From the IMG/VR virus record IMGVR_UViG_3300032163_000008, positions 1 through 64,000 of that record: a DNA stretch of 64,000 nucleotides. One strand, written 5' to 3'. Below the pieces are notes generated by a model, which worked only from the letters and a program-made list of their open reading frames with translations, had not been told where the DNA came from and did no database searches. The stretch is from a virus. Shown piece by piece: positions 1-9,178 of this stretch; position 1 is the first letter of the stretch; every line of letters starts with the position of its first letter. The position numbers were made by a program, and so were the translations under genes.

Positions 1-96
1 AGAACCAGTGAGAAACTGGTATAGGGCCCAGCTTGAGTATACAGTAGGGTTTGAGCATAGGAACCACAGAGTGTTCTTCTACTCACCACTACAGAA

Positions 97-408
97 GTGG
101 CAAAAATAATGGAAGAGTTCCTATCAGGAATGCAAGACAACCTCGTAGAAGACGAGCAGAGGTTTGCGTACTTTGCCCTGAATAAGGAAGACGAGCCCAA
201 GCGGATAGTAAGAGTAATCGATTGGAAACAAGTCGCAGACAGTAGGAGATACAGCATCTACATCAGAGAGAGGAATGCCTACTTTGAGATAGAGTTCCAA
301 AGAGGCACGCGTAACTACTTACACCTCGACATACACGGCAAGGATATACTCAAAACTGCTATGTACACGTATGAAATGCTCAATGAAATAAAGAGGAGGA
401 TTCCATGA
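97..408 (+). CDS. hypothetical phage protein
   Basis: 103 aa ORF, stop overlaps next start (ATGA coupling). Confidence 0.65.
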   Translation: MAKIMEEFLSGMQDNLVEDEQRFAYFALNKEDEPKRIVRVIDWKQVADSRRYSIYIRERNAYFEIEFQRGTRNYLHLDIHGKDILKTAMYTYEMLNEIKRRIP

Positions 409-752
409 ATAGACGTATGCAAGAAGCCAGAGAAGATATGAACACAGTACTAGAGAACTTGAGTAGGGGTATCGATGCCGATTATGGTGAGGTACTTACA
501 AAGAAGAACAGCAGAATCCGTGAGCTGACAGAACAATTGGCGCGTGCGGAACACGAGTGCGCCGTGAGGAAAGAAACATCGGAGCAGCAGCAACTGGCCA
601 ATGACTACATGAGGAACCAACTCAAGGAAACATCGGAGCAGCTCAATACATGCCATCCCGAACTACAAAAGGATAACGAGGAACTACGCCTGGAGATAGG
701 AAGCCTGAGGAGAGATCGCAAGACGCGGCAGAGCAGGCAATGGAAGCGCTAG
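405..752 (+). CDS. hypothetical coiled-coil protein
   Basis: GAGGAGG RBS; helical/charged; internal KETSEQ repeat. Confidence 0.7.
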   Translation: MNRRMQEAREDMNTVLENLSRGIDADYGEVLTKKNSRIRELTEQLARAEHECAVRKETSEQQQLANDYMRNQLKETSEQLNTCHPELQKDNEELRLEIGSLRRDRKTRQSRQWKR

Positions 753-1006
753 AAGCGCTGGTAGAAGAACTGGAACTCAAGGAGTACTGCCTCGAGGGGG
801 AAGTACGGACACAAGCAGATAAGTTGAAGATCATAGAAGGTATATGCGACAGCACAAAGATGAGGGCGGCAGGAGTTTGCACAATGTGGAGATCCTGCAG
901 ATGTTTTGGAAGTGCCAGCCGGAGACCAAATGATGTGGCCCCTGGCAGTAATAGTGTTAATTTGCATAGCAAGAGTAGCGTACAGCCTATCAAGGCTAAA
1001 CAATAA
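740..1006 (+). CDS. hypothetical protein
   Basis: ORF in tightly packed + strand run. Confidence 0.55.
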   Translation: MEALEALVEELELKEYCLEGEVRTQADKLKIIEGICDSTKMRAAGVCTMWRSCRCFGSASRRPNDVAPGSNSVNLHSKSSVQPIKAKQ

Positions 1007-1020
1007 AATGGAGGCGAGTT

Positions 1021-1305
1021 GTGAGTACAAAGTTGAGCCCCGAGGCTAAGAAGATCATAGGGCATATGGCGATCAGAGCAGTGGAGTTCGATCGTACAGG
1101 CACACTAGATATCGTTGAATTAGTTCAGACCCTATGTGAGGTCCACGAGAAGTATGGACTGAGACTAGAGGACATGAGTAGGGCTCAGACCTTCGACTTC
1201 TTCCACGACATCTATGGTATCACACAGAACTACAACAGGGAAACGAAGGAACTTGAGAACTGTTTCAGTCCGAGGTACGAAGTAAACAACGTACAGCAGA
1301 TGTAA
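1021..1305 (+). CDS. conserved phage protein (DUF6874-like)
   Basis: GGAGG RBS; C-terminal FDFFHDIYGI..NRET..LENCFSPRY pattern recalled from that family. Confidence 0.65.
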   Translation: MSTKLSPEAKKIIGHMAIRAVEFDRTGTLDIVELVQTLCEVHEKYGLRLEDMSRAQTFDFFHDIYGITQNYNRETKELENCFSPRYEVNNVQQM

Positions 1306-1470
1306 TGATACAACACGTAATGATGATAGATGGGATAGATGTGGTCTTTTCTGACAAGGAGTTGTATGATCAAGTCCTGGATTGGATACACGAAGCCAAG
1401 CAAGATCCGGGTTTTGTAGTAACAGGGGCCTGGATCAAGGAGATAGTGCAAACTATACAGGAGGAAGACA

Positions 1471-1803
1471 ATGCATAAGCCGCTAAAAATGTATGACATA
1501 GCAGGTGAGGAAGAAAACGTGGCAATTCTGAGTAAGGACAAGCAGACGGTTATCTTCACAGATAATGAAGCTGTGCACACCATACATGGCATAGATGACC
1601 CCGTGCTAGGGGATGGTACGACAACCCGACAGATACTCCTGACTAAGTCCGTAAAAGTCAAGGACCTGGGGCAATGGGTGCGCACATTTGGAGCACGCAT
1701 CGAGAACAATTATGCCATGTTGCTACATAGCATCAAGGAGTTGGGGCTAGACCCGGAGGACTACCCACGTTTCAAGCACTGTTACGAGAAAGTACTGTTA
1801 TGA
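1471..1803 (+). CDS. hypothetical protein
   Basis: AGGAGG RBS, 110 aa. Confidence 0.7.
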   Translation: MHKPLKMYDIAGEEENVAILSKDKQTVIFTDNEAVHTIHGIDDPVLGDGTTTRQILLTKSVKVKDLGQWVRTFGARIENNYAMLLHSIKELGLDPEDYPRFKHCYEKVLL

Positions 1804-1982
1804 AAAAGTATAGAATCATAAACAATCGTTGGGGAACCCTGACACCACAAGTACAGAGGTTTGGTTTCTGGTTTGACATATTTGTGCCAGAAGCACCACT
1901 TAGTGGTATGGGAACGCGTGGTATGTGCGAGTTTGCAATTCTCGCGCATAAGAACAAAGGAAAGGTAGTGAAGTATGGCTAA
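1800..1982 (+). CDS. hypothetical protein
   Basis: ATGA overlap with upstream stop. Confidence 0.55.
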   Translation: MKKYRIINNRWGTLTPQVQRFGFWFDIFVPEAPLSGMGTRGMCEFAILAHKNKGKVVKYG

Positions 1983-2301
1983 GCCACCAAAGAGTAAAGT
2001 AGTAGAGGTTAAGAAGACGGCAGACCTGGGGCATAAAGTAACGAAGAAGCCTCCCCAGGAAAAGGAAGCACACAAGCAGATGAAGAAGCAGACACACCTG
2101 CTCAAGCGCTTCGACGCAAATAAGAGCAGCTTGAAGGAGCTGGCGACTCTAATCAAGAGGGGCGTAGTTAGCATAGAAGATACGGTTAGGCTCAGCGAGC
2201 AGCGCAAGGCAGAGCGTCTCATCAAGCGCAAGGAAAAAGAGTACCAGAAGCGCCTGCATACATCAGCAGCACACAAGCAACTCATGGAGGTAACGTCATA
2301 A
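1975..2301 (+). CDS. Lys-rich basic hypothetical protein
   Basis: 108 aa, strongly basic, coupled to neighbours. Confidence 0.65.
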   Translation: MAKPPKSKVVEVKKTADLGHKVTKKPPQEKEAHKQMKKQTHLLKRFDANKSSLKELATLIKRGVVSIEDTVRLSEQRKAERLIKRKEKEYQKRLHTSAAHKQLMEVTS

Positions 2302-2663
2302 TGACACACGCACAGGCACAGGCATTGTTTGCTATGCACAGGGAATTGAAGACTGAGGTGGAAACACTCAGACAGAGGAGTGGAGTGAAGCGCAGAGAAA
2401 TAGAGCAGCGCTTCGAAGCACTGGAAGAGGCTTTAGAAGAAATCGGAGACCAGCACCTAGAAGAGGATATGCTAAACCTAGAGGTTATAGCAAACCTAGC
2501 CGAGGAGAACGACAAATTAAGAGGGGACTTGAAAAGCAGCCAGGAGCATGTCAAAATGCTACAAAACGACAACTACCAGGACCTACTACGTACTACGGAA
2601 ATAGAGTATCAGAGGGGCACAAGAGTTTGCACCTCTAATAGAGGTTATATTACCCCTTTTTAG
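2301..2663 (+). CDS. hypothetical coiled-coil protein
   Basis: GGAGG RBS; heptad-like composition. Confidence 0.7.
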   Translation: MTHAQAQALFAMHRELKTEVETLRQRSGVKRREIEQRFEALEEALEEIGDQHLEEDMLNLEVIANLAEENDKLRGDLKSSQEHVKMLQNDNYQDLLRTTEIEYQRGTRVCTSNRGYITPF

Positions 2664-2814
2664 ACTACACCCGTTACACGAGTATAACGATGTAATTATC
2701 GATAATTAGACGTCAGATGACGTCTCTGATGTAAGATATCAATTATACGTTTCAAATCGCTATAACAGTTGAATTCACTACGATTAGATGATTATATCGA
2801 TGCTATGAAATAGG

Positions 2815-3050
2815 TGTTGGGGATAACCTGGGGGAAACCCAGGGGGCTTCGGCTCGAGAGTCCCCCGGGGTACCCCAGAACCCCGGATCCGCGCAGAATG
2901 CGGGGTGGGGGAGGGGGATGTCGGGAGGGATGATACGCATCTTCCGCGCTATCAGCGGGTTTGCTGTGCCGCCTCAGATATTCTCACATCGCCTGGCACC
3001 TCTTTAGGTGCTGGCAGAGGGTCCACGGGGCCGGGCAGAGCCGGGTATAG
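2815..3050 (+). other. GC-rich structured non-coding island with G-quadruplex motif
   Basis: hairpins cctggg-ggaaa-cccagg (2827-2843), ggc-ttcg-gct (2845-2854), ggggtacccc; five G-tracts at 2902-2929. Confidence 0.55.
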
Positions 3051-3129
3051 TGCGACAAATTGATTTTTTGTAATGAATTGAAATTATTTCATATAGATAT
3101 CTTTATCATATTTGAGGAGGAAATAAATT

Positions 3130-3624
3130 ATGGCAACAGTAGAAGTGAACGTATCAGACATCAGTTTTGACAGGCATGAGTACATGGATGTCCTTGACAA
3201 CCTTGACGGTGAGAAGGTTCTGGAGTGGGTGCAGGACAATTTCAGCACCGAAGACATCTGTGAGGGCCTAGACACCTATAAGGTGCTAGAGGCCCTGAGC
3301 CTTGATACCAAGGACGTGCTAGATGCGCTTGAAGGCGCTAATGGCAGGCGAGACGAGATCAAGGCATGGATCGGTGAAGAGCTTGAGGTTGATACAGTTA
3401 ACCGCTTAATGGCGGGGTCTGCGCGACAAGCTGTCATAGCCCATGTGTTGAGCAAGGTAACACTGCTCGAGATCGGTCTGGCGCTAGTAGCGATGGCCAC
3501 TCCACCAGTGCCAGCAGTTGAGCAGGTGGAGCCCACTAAGCAGCATGCTGCGTTAGGGGCGGTAGCTGATGACCTGGTGACTATCCTCGATAATGCTGAG
3601 GAAGAGGTCCTAGTGTTGCGTTGA
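3130..3624 (+). CDS. acidic hypothetical early protein
   Basis: promoter motif and GAGGAGG RBS upstream. Confidence 0.8.
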   Translation: MATVEVNVSDISFDRHEYMDVLDNLDGEKVLEWVQDNFSTEDICEGLDTYKVLEALSLDTKDVLDALEGANGRRDEIKAWIGEELEVDTVNRLMAGSARQAVIAHVLSKVTLLEIGLALVAMATPPVPAVEQVEPTKQHAALGAVADDLVTILDNAEEEVLVLR

Positions 3625-3788
3625 TGTTGCCTCTTAAGTATCACTCCAGGTATGACATAGGTATAGACATGACAATAACAGCGCAAGCGCAAAGATGAAG
3701 AGGCAGCTACCCTTTGTGACAAATTGAAGATTTGTAATGTATTTTTTGAGTTCTAATAGAACTACTCATCAAACGCAAGGAGGTAATT

Positions 3789-3890
3789 ATGGATTGGCGA
3801 CTATTATTTTATATTATAGGCTTTCTCCCGTTAACCATTGTAGTGATTATGGCTTGTATGCCGGAGAATGATGGCAGCGTAGATCTTTAG
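3789..3890 (+). CDS. 33 aa membrane microprotein (MDWRLLFYIIGFLPLTIVVIMACMPENDGSVDL)
   Basis: promoter motif at 3735 and AAGGAGGT RBS; one hydrophobic segment; not in ORF track. Confidence 0.6.
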   Translation: MDWRLLFYIIGFLPLTIVVIMACMPENDGSVDL

Positions 3891-3899
3891 GAATACACG

Positions 3900-4280
3900 T
3901 CAAACATAAGTGGGGGCAACGATGAATAAGGAAATCGTAGTAGTGGCAGCTTTGGTTGTCTTCCCCATCTTTGATATGGGAAGCTTCACTACCTCCTTCA
4001 CTCCCTTGGAGTAGAGATAGGTGATTATAGCACCACGGAGCTCCACGATAATAGCGTTCTGTTTGCTAACCCAGAAGTCCTCTATTAGAACCGCACTGAT
4101 GTGAGAGGGTAGTAGAGGTATGAGCTTCCCGTATAGCTCGAACACTCTCTGGTATGGGTCTCTTCCGGAAGTCCTAATGGTGTACTTCTCGTGGGTTTGT
4201 GTCTGAGGATCCCAAATGAATATTCCTGTGCTGTTTGTACCCAAATCAAGACAAACAATTTTTTGGGGCAATAAAGACAT
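3900..4280 (-). CDS. RuvC/RNase H-fold nuclease-like protein, C-terminally short (possibly inactive or pseudogene)
   Basis: IVCLDLGTNSTG first strand, VLIED second acidic residue, ELRGAI helix; no C-terminal DxxD helix. Confidence 0.65.
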   Translation of the reverse strand: MSLLPQKIVCLDLGTNSTGIFIWDPQTQTHEKYTIRTSGRDPYQRVFELYGKLIPLLPSHISAVLIEDFWVSKQNAIIVELRGAIITYLYSKGVKEVVKLPISKMGKTTKAATTTISLFIVAPTYV

Positions 4281-4349
4281 ATCTTAATTGTCGCTCCCAA
4301 AGCAACAGAAAGTACTGAAATACACAAGAAATAGTATATGATAGACAAT

Positions 4350-5140
4350 AACAGCGTTGCAACGCTGCTTGTAGTTGGCAGACTTCACTGCCCTCTGGTC
4401 CTCTACTGCCAAACTAGTAGATTGAACTTGCGCCAAGGCCGGCAAGAGGGGTTCATCCATTCCCCTGATAAAATTGGGCCCGCTCTGGGACACTGAGACG
4501 TCGTCGGTCCGCTTCGTAATAGACCGTGTTTTTGCTCTAACACCGGGGGTGACCCCAACTACTGAGTGTTTGCATGGTCCCACTGACTCCTAGGCTAGGT
4601 GGGACCGAATAAACTTTTTGTCTGATAATTAAACCGTCAAGGTGGTACGGGCCGTTCTTCGGATATAAGTGCAAGTTTGCAAGCTGAGACAAAGATACGC
4701 GGAGTAGTGCGGTTTGCTTATCAAGAGTTTGTTTTTTCTAGCCACCTTGAGTGGCTTTTCCGGTTTGCTGGGACAGAATCTGTCAAAGTACCAAAAGGTT
4801 ATAGTTATAGTAGTAGATGTTATGGATTAGCAGCCTTTTCATAAAAGTGCGGCTACTGCCTGGGTAGATATGCCCTGGCCGTCCCCCGTGAAAGCACGCC
4901 TAAAGTCAGGACGTTAAGAAGGTGATGGAGGCAAGGTCATGCCGGAGAGATCCGACAACGATCGTTACCGATCGTTGGACTCGTTGAAAAAGTACGAGAC
5001 CGAAAGGTTCTGTGACCCCTTACTGAGTTTGGATCCCGCATAATCAGCGGGTCAGGCATCAGCGAGCGGGTCATACTATATGCATTACCCATGTCATCTA
5101 TTGCATCCATGACATGGGTTGCCTAGAGACCTAGTGCCGC
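4350..5140 (+). ncRNA. candidate large (~800 nt) structured non-coding RNA
   Basis: no credible ORF; dense hairpins such as agcgttgcaacgct, ggtcccac..gtgggacc, cgtg-aaag-cacg, caacgatcg..cgatcgttg, acc-GAAA-ggt, tgaccc..gggtca. Confidence 0.55.
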
Positions 5141-5276
5141 ATGTGCATCCAACCATATTTTGTAATGAATAGAAATTTTTTAATATAGTAATACTCATAC
5201 GTCACAAACAAACAAAAATAAGTTTGTGACCACTTTGGAGGAGGTGAGACGAGTGCAAAAAGAAAAGGAGTCTATT

Positions 5277-5654
5277 ATGGACAAAACAATTGAGCTAGTA
5301 CAAGAGAACGGTAAAGAAGTTTGCTATGCAAAGGTAACATCGGGTAAGCGCGAGGGCGCGATCATCCGTGTGTACTACATCCGAGCCAATGACGGAGTTG
5401 TCGTGGGCAAGGACATCCAGACTAAGAAGGTCATAGCTGTGGGCAAGGGTTCGATGAGTGAAGAGTTCAGAGCCCACTACAACTTGACAACTGGCCGTAA
5501 GGGTCAAAGCTACGACAGCATCCTTGCTGAGCTCGGCAAGGCAGTTGAAGCTGTGCAAGAGGAAGTACCTGAGGTTGTAGCTGAGCCAGAAATGGCTATG
5601 GCAGAAGCAAGCGTCGTCGCTCCTAAGAAAGCTACGCCACGCAAGCGTAAGTAA
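5277..5654 (+). CDS. KOW/SH3-like small protein, paralogue 1 of three
   Basis: AAGGAG RBS before ATG 5277; aligns by eye with the products at 9849-10130 and 11684-11980 (ENGK..Y..G..G..R.Y.IR.DG..G..IQ..SEEF..SYD.IL). Confidence 0.8.
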   Translation: MDKTIELVQENGKEVCYAKVTSGKREGAIIRVYYIRANDGVVVGKDIQTKKVIAVGKGSMSEEFRAHYNLTTGRKGQSYDSILAELGKAVEAVQEEVPEVVAEPEMAMAEASVVAPKKATPRKRK

Positions 5655-5683
5655 TTTATTTCCGCTAGGGTGTATGCCTCCAC

Positions 5684-5748
5684 GTCACCCTAGCATCCCC
5701 AATACGTCCAACCAAGTCACCCCTAGCATCCCCAATACGTCCAACCAA
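5684..5748. repeat. tandem duplication, 32/33 bp x2
   Basis: gtcaccc(c)tagcatccccaatacgtccaaccaa twice. Confidence 0.9.
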
Positions 5749-5999
5749 ATTTTATAATGAATGTAAATTATTTTATATAGTATTACCTATATAATAAGTA
5801 AATTATTATTATTGATCCTTGGAGGAGGTGATACAAGTGTCAGACAAGAAGCATGACATGACAGACATGTGCGGGTGGATGTATGCAGCAGGGTTCGAGC
5901 CATGCAACTTCGGTTGTGACGGCTGTCCGATCTATGATGCAATTGAGGAAGCGAAAGAGGCAGTGGAGACAGAAGAATAAAACGGTGGGAGGCACCAAG

Positions 6000-6473
6000 A
6001 TGACAAATAAGTATAGCATGCTCAACGAGCAAGGCCAGTATGTGGAAGTGACTAAAGAGGTGTTTGAAGCGGACACCAAGGCAAGGGAAGATAAGTTTGC
6101 TGCAGCGCTGGCGATCACACAACCTGATCCCGATAGTTTGCATAGAGCAGTTACCATGAGCAATCACAAGATCGAGGTATGGGCGCTACCATTCCACTTC
6201 GATGAGCCGTTCAAGGTAGGGTATGCGTACAGCATGCTGGACTGCATGAAGATGATAGTTAGGTTCGAGCAAGAGGCCTACGACTGCGAAGTGACCCTAG
6301 AAGAGTTATTCTTCTTCAAGCCTAGCAGTGTGGTAGAATACTACGGCAATATCGAGATAGCACTGAATGAGGAAGTGGTTAGCTTCATTGAGCGCGTCTC
6401 TGATAGGATCGTAGCAGCGATCAGTGTTGACTGGGATGAAACTGACACCTATGTAATGGTCAAGGAAGCCTAG
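6000..6473 (+). CDS. hypothetical early protein
   Basis: GGGAGG RBS before ATG 6000 (track start 5883 probably too long). Confidence 0.75.
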   Translation: MTNKYSMLNEQGQYVEVTKEVFEADTKAREDKFAAALAITQPDPDSLHRAVTMSNHKIEVWALPFHFDEPFKVGYAYSMLDCMKMIVRFEQEAYDCEVTLEELFFFKPSSVVEYYGNIEIALNEEVVSFIERVSDRIVAAISVDWDETDTYVMVKEA

Positions 6474-6587
6474 TCATGTGGGACGCGGATGCCAGGCATC
6501 CGCGTCCATCTATTTGAAATTTTTAATGAATGTAAATTATTTTATATAGTATTGTCATATATAATATAAAATTATATAAATTGAGTC

Positions 6588-6649
6588 ATGGAGGTGACAA
6601 TAATGGATCGGTATTTAAATGGAGGTGACAATAATGGATCGGTATTTAA
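6588..6649. repeat. tandem duplication, 31 bp x2, of an RBS-ATG unit
   Basis: atggaggtgacaataatggatcggtatttaa twice. Confidence 0.9.
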
Positions 6650-6658
6650 AAGGTGGAG

Positions 6659-6925
6659 ATGATGAACCTGAATGCGTACGATCAAGTCGAACTTGTGTCG
6701 TACGATCCAGAGATGTTCGTAGGGGTGGATGAGTACAGAGATTCGATCATAGAGATTCAGCCAGAAGGACATGCACACAAGTATGACTTCAATGAGTGGA
6801 TCAGCGATCGCGAGGGTGAGATTGCTCACTGGGAAAGCATGGAAGGTAACACCGAAGAGGATGAGTCCTTTATCAAGATGCTTAAGGGAGACCTTGAGAC
6901 GATGCTAGCTATGAAACAATTCTAA
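6659..6925 (+). CDS. acidic hypothetical early protein
   Basis: AAGGTGGAG RBS; downstream of promoter motif at 6524. Confidence 0.7.
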   Translation: MMNLNAYDQVELVSYDPEMFVGVDEYRDSIIEIQPEGHAHKYDFNEWISDREGEIAHWESMEGNTEEDESFIKMLKGDLETMLAMKQF

Positions 6926-6929
6926 GGAG

Positions 6930-7130
6930 ATGAATACTATGAGAAGTTTGCAAGAGCTACAGAAGGTGCCGTTTGCTAAGATGACGACAGAGGAAGAGTG
7001 TTTGTTTGTTCCTCCCGTCACGTCCAGGTTTGCACAGACCATGAATGAAGTTTGTAACAATGAAGTTTGTCATGAGGAAGATCACGAGGCCTACATGCAG
7101 TTTCTAAGTTTGGAGATGAGCCAGCTATGA
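6930..7130 (+). CDS. hypothetical protein
   Basis: operonic with neighbours. Confidence 0.6.
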   Translation: MNTMRSLQELQKVPFAKMTTEEECLFVPPVTSRFAQTMNEVCNNEVCHEEDHEAYMQFLSLEMSQL

Positions 7131-7411
7131 AGAGTTATATCATAATGAGCCAGTACCATGACTATGGGAACATCGAGACCTTCCTGAGGAGAGGGTCCTT
7201 TGCAACTGAGAAGGATCTTTTCAGAGACGTGTTCAAAGCTTCCCTGGATCAAGAGGATGAGCAGGGAAACATTATTGGAGAAGTGTTCAATAGGCTAGAG
7301 GGTGAGGAGCTCATGGATTACATCTATGAGACGCTCGTCGATCCAGACCATGAGTTTACGTTAACAGTCTTTGAAGAGGAAAGCTTGGAGCTTGTCCTAG
7401 AAAAGAACTAA
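7127..7411 (+). CDS. acidic hypothetical protein
   Basis: ATGA coupling; followed by 15-bp-stem hairpin at 7416-7459. Confidence 0.7.
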   Translation: MKSYIIMSQYHDYGNIETFLRRGSFATEKDLFRDVFKASLDQEDEQGNIIGEVFNRLEGEELMDYIYETLVDPDHEFTLTVFEEESLELVLEKN

Positions 7412-7615
7412 TTCCTTTGACATGACAGAGACAGAGACCTCCACCTCTGTCATGTCAAATCTCTTTACCACTGTGAGTCCAACTTCCTATACATGTGAGT
7501 CCAACTGTGAGAGATCACATATTTGAAATTTATAATGAATATATATTTTTTTATATAGATGAGTCATATAATAATTTTTTATTATAAATTGACTCACTGA
7601 GGAGGTGACAAGACG

Positions 7616-7822
7616 ATGGACAAGATACAAGCAGCAATTGACAGCAACGAGGATCTGCGCGAGGTTATGGCGTTTGTGCCAGTCAGCGACGCGGAGAGCT
7701 TCAACGACTGGGATCAAGCAGAAGGTTACGGTGTGTGTTTGCCACTGGTAACGGGTATAGTATGTGAGAAGGCTTTGGAGGAAGCTTACAAGGATCTAGT
7801 GCAGAGGTTTGAGAAGAGATAA
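7616..7822 (+). CDS. hypothetical early protein
   Basis: promoter motif at 7533, GAGGAGGTGA RBS. Confidence 0.75.
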   Translation: MDKIQAAIDSNEDLREVMAFVPVSDAESFNDWDQAEGYGVCLPLVTGIVCEKALEEAYKDLVQRFEKR

Positions 7823-7845
7823 AATAAAAGTGGGAGGCACTTAAT

Positions 7846-8439
7846 ATGAGACTAGACGACAGGTTCGTAATCAATGTCAATGCAGAGGATAGAGAAGTTT
7901 ATTGTGAGGATAGTGATAATTCAATGTCCAAGGGTGAGTATGTGGGGTATTGTGAAGATACATCAGGTCAGATGATAGGAGACGTCATCATCAGGTTCAA
8001 CGGTACTGAAGAGGGTTTGTATGACGTGGTAAGTCAGTATTGTGGTGATGAGGATCTGGAAACGGTTAAAGAGTTTGTTAGGGGGAAAGAGTTTGTGGAA
8101 GTGTCAGAGTTCAATGACTACGCCATATTAAGGATGTCAGTGAAGCTCCGAGATGCTTGGGAGCGGATAAGGGAAATAGAGACTAAGTGGGAAGCAGATC
8201 TGAGGATAGTGACCGAGAGGCACAACAAGGGTCTTACAGAGGAACAGAAGCTGAGGTTCTGGGCATATGTGTCTGACTTCTGCTTCAGTGGCAGATATGG
8301 TATAGGGAGTTACTACAGTGACTACGTCATGCTTAATACAAGTGACGGTCACGTGTGTGATGATGAGGATTGGTACTATGGGTACGAGGCTGATGTACTG
8401 AAGGTACTAGAGGATGCGGGCATAGAAGTAGTCAGCTAA
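7846..8439 (+). CDS. acidic hypothetical early protein
   Basis: GGGAGG RBS, 197 aa. Confidence 0.8.
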   Translation: MRLDDRFVINVNAEDREVYCEDSDNSMSKGEYVGYCEDTSGQMIGDVIIRFNGTEEGLYDVVSQYCGDEDLETVKEFVRGKEFVEVSEFNDYAILRMSVKLRDAWERIREIETKWEADLRIVTERHNKGLTEEQKLRFWAYVSDFCFSGRYGIGSYYSDYVMLNTSDGHVCDDEDWYYGYEADVLKVLEDAGIEVVS

Positions 8440-8597
8440 TACTGAAGGGTCCTTCTCTGGGTATGAGACAGAGAAGGGTCCGGGGGATGAACTTTAAGCG
8501 ACCACATATTTGAAATTTATAATGAATGTAAATTATTTTATATAGTAGGGTCATATATATTAAAAATATATAAATTGACTCATGTGGAGGTGAGACT

Positions 8598-8786
8598 ATG
8601 TACGACGATCAAGATTATGATGACGCGTTCGAAGAGAATCCAGAGTTCGCAGAAAGATACTATGCAGCACGGAATGCAGAACCGACACATCCATGTCCCC
8701 AGTGCGGAACTGAAAATGTGTTGAATGATGATGACGTCAGACGGGGTTACCGTTGTGATGCCTGTGCCGATGAGGCTGAGAGATAG
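8598..8786 (+). CDS. small Zn-ribbon protein
   Basis: CPQC..CDAC; promoter motif at 8520, GGAGGTGA RBS. Confidence 0.75.
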   Translation: MYDDQDYDDAFEENPEFAERYYAARNAEPTHPCPQCGTENVLNDDDVRRGYRCDACADEAER

Positions 8787-8845
8787 AACCTAAGGGTCCA
8801 GGGCCCGGGTCGAAACAAAAGTTTGTTAAAGGAGTGGAGGCACCT

Positions 8846-9178
8846 ATGAAGGATATAAAGTTTGTTAAGGCAGTGCAGTTTAAGGTTCACGTCTATGGTC
8901 AAAGCGAGGATGTGATCTTACATGTGACTGAGGATGATCCGATCGCTACGACTAATTACTGTGAGCCCAATGATGAGGGTGGTTACAACAGTGAGGAAGA
9001 TGAGTATGAGTGGGATAAGAATGACACGATCACTCACAGGTCAGAGACTGAGGGCAAGGACTGTGATGGCGTTACTAGGCATACGTACAGTCAAGACTAT
9101 ACGATCAGTACAGGCACGTGGGGTAAGATCTATCACGAGCGCTGCTATGATCAATATGCTGAGGCCGCAGGCTACTAA
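8846..9178 (+). CDS. acidic hypothetical early protein
   Basis: GTGGAGG RBS before ATG 8846. Confidence 0.7.
   Translation: MKDIKFVKAVQFKVHVYGQSEDVILHVTEDDPIATTNYCEPNDEGGYNSEEDEYEWDKNDTITHRSETEGKDCDGVTRHTYSQDYTISTGTWGKIYHERCYDQYAEAAGY

Noticed and set aside
3900-4280. Cas9/IscB/TnpB call from the DLGTNS motif
   Set aside because: Only 126 aa; no bridge helix, HNH, Zn finger or RuvC-III
4284-4583. 99 aa minus-strand ORF (and 4085-4348)
   Set aside because: No convincing RBS, atypical composition, overlaps hairpin-dense DNA or the RuvC-like gene
4350-5140. Group I/II intron, RNase P or tmRNA
   Set aside because: No interrupted gene; I could not find domain V, GAGGAAAGTCC or tRNA-like ends by eye
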